Made by a program: the position numbers and the translations under genes. Shown piece after piece: positions 62,624 through 64,000 of a stretch of DNA of 64,000 bases. Numbering within the stretch: the stretch's first letter is position 1; each line of letters opens with the position of its first letter. Source of the stretch: Massalongia carnosa. Its lineage: Eukaryota. Location: the NCBI GenBank assembly GCA_965645245.1, contig OZ287074.1, forward strand, positions 2,170,001 to 2,234,000, in the 5' to 3' direction. The notes beneath the pieces were generated by a model. It was given only the letters and a program-made list of their open reading frames with translations. It did no database searches and was not told the origin of the DNA.

Positions 62624-62882
62624 CTTCTCATTTTCGTCAAGGATTCTAAAGAAAAACGATCACAGAGAGCAGCCTGTTGCCAGCGAGGCTCCGGAGGTAG
62701 TGCGTAGTCTACGGGGTTTTTATTCCCAAGAAGGGTTTTCCTTGTATGATAAACATAGACAGCCCGCATGGGCCGGCCTTCGGCCGGTGTCATATCGGAA
62801 TAAGAATAAATCAATCAATCAATCGATCCCACGAGTTATGTCTCCTTACGAACTTCATTCCCCCAGGGCTTTTGTCCCCTCT

Positions 62883-62998
62883 GGGACTTTATTTCCCCAG
62901 GGCTTTTATTCTCCCAGGGCTTTCATTCCCTCGGGAAACGAAAAGAGTAGGGAAACGAAAACCCTGGGAGAATAAAAGCTCTGGGGAAATAAAGTCCC
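62883..62998. repeat. ~42-bp inverted repeat (hairpin) within a CCCAGGGCTTTT-rich tract
   Basis: GGGACTTTATTTCCCCAGGGCTTTTATTCTCCCAGGGCTTTC versus its reverse complement at 62957-62998, 2 mismatches. Confidence 0.8.
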
Positions 62999-63026
62999 TA
63001 GCCAAAAAAACACGCCCAAGGCTTTG

Positions 63027-63290
63027 AAATGACTGGGGCTTTTTAGTCCATATTCCTTTTCAATCACTACTCCCTTTCAGTCCCTACTCTCGTCTAATTC
63101 CTACCCACTTCCAGTCCCTACTCCCTTTCAGTCGCTACTCTCTTCCAGTTCCTATGCTTTTTGAATTCCTACTCCCTTCCAGTCTCTACTCTCTTTCAGT
63201 CTTCACTCTCTTTCAACGTCTATAGTCTTTCAGTCCCTACTCTCTTTCAGTCCCTACGCTTTTTAAAGCCCTACTAGTCCTCAACCCCCT
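63027..63290. repeat. Degenerate ~17-bp tandem array (CAGTCCCTACTCTCTTT)n, probably a transposon terminus
   Basis: Visible repeats; the 5' part is also present at 48893. Confidence 0.65.
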
Positions 63291-64000
63291 TTAGCGATAA
63301 TATTTAACTTTAACTTTTATGAAAAGCTTCATTCGCGAGCCGCTTGTCTCCGTTATATTGAGTGTAAACTTTTTCGTAAAACACGGATGAGTCTATGAAA
63401 TGTTTCATTTATGACGCTCAGGATTTTAAAGATTGGGGGGGTTTCGGAAAATGATCTCATGAAGGAGGGTTGGAAAAGAACTTTTGGTCACCGGAGGATT
63501 AAATGATGAAGTCTATTAATAATAACAAGTGCTGATGCTAAATGAAGAAGAAAGATGAATCAAATCCTTGAATACTCCGCTGGATTCGAGCTAAACCGTA
63601 TTTGGTCAAAAAGATAAGAATTCTCTGTTGACAGCACACACTGAAATGCAAAGACACTAACTAATCCCGTAAAAGCCTTGCACTACTAGAAGAGAGCTTT
63701 ACCATAGCATTGCCTCTAGTGATAATCTTTCGTGCTTCCTATAGCTTTGTCTTGCTTTAAATGATAGTAGTGCAAGTTCTCGCACGAAGCTGTGATGAGT
63801 AAGAACAGCGTTAATACAAAATCAGCACAGTCTACCGCTAGATCACGACCGCAGACCGAAGTCGAAACTGGCTTCCGAGAGTGAATGTTCCTTATATCAA
63901 GACAGAATACGCGGTTTCAAGTTGTGGAGATGGAGAAGTTCTTCAAGGTGGCCTGAGAATTCATCAGCAAGGAGCATACAGAAACTGGGCAACAGATTAT

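Larger units (their letters stand above)
57641..62824 (+). mobile_element. Near-complete Tad1-like non-LTR retrotransposon (5' end not resolved) ending in a (CAAT)n tail
   Basis: ORF1 plus ORF2; 3' UTR ending AATAAGAATAAATCAATCAATCAATC. Confidence 0.9.

Overview
Filamentous ascomycete (Pezizomycotina-type) genomic DNA: short GT-AG introns with CTRAC/CTAAY branch sites and RIP-like C>T decay in repeats. Most of the window is nested transposable elements: a TRIM-like mini-LTR element, solo LTRs, a non-autonomous LTR element with an orphan ORF, Gypsy, two Copia, a Ngaro/DIRS tyrosine-recombinase retroelement, three Tc1-like elements, a pogo/Fot1 element and Tad1-like LINEs. Embedded at about 6.9-32.9 kb is an apparently intact 7-gene secondary-metabolite-type cluster with no NRPS, PKS, terpene synthase or DMATS in view. 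It encodes a bZIP-ankyrin (TOXE-like) regulator, an MFS efflux pump, an ALDH-fold protein lacking its catalytic Cys, a remodelled tryptophanyl-tRNA synthetase paralog (ATP motifs kept, amino-acid pocket changed, anticodon-binding segment deleted), a cytochrome P450, a DUF3237 protein and a secreted FAD-linked oxidase. The TrpRS paralog is the best candidate for a non-canonical core enzyme; a resistance role is the alternative. To the right are a decayed DUF3435 (Starship-captain-type) tyrosine recombinase and a patatin-NB-ARC-TPR NLR with near-identical 126-bp repeats. All family calls come from motif recognition by eye; no searches were run.
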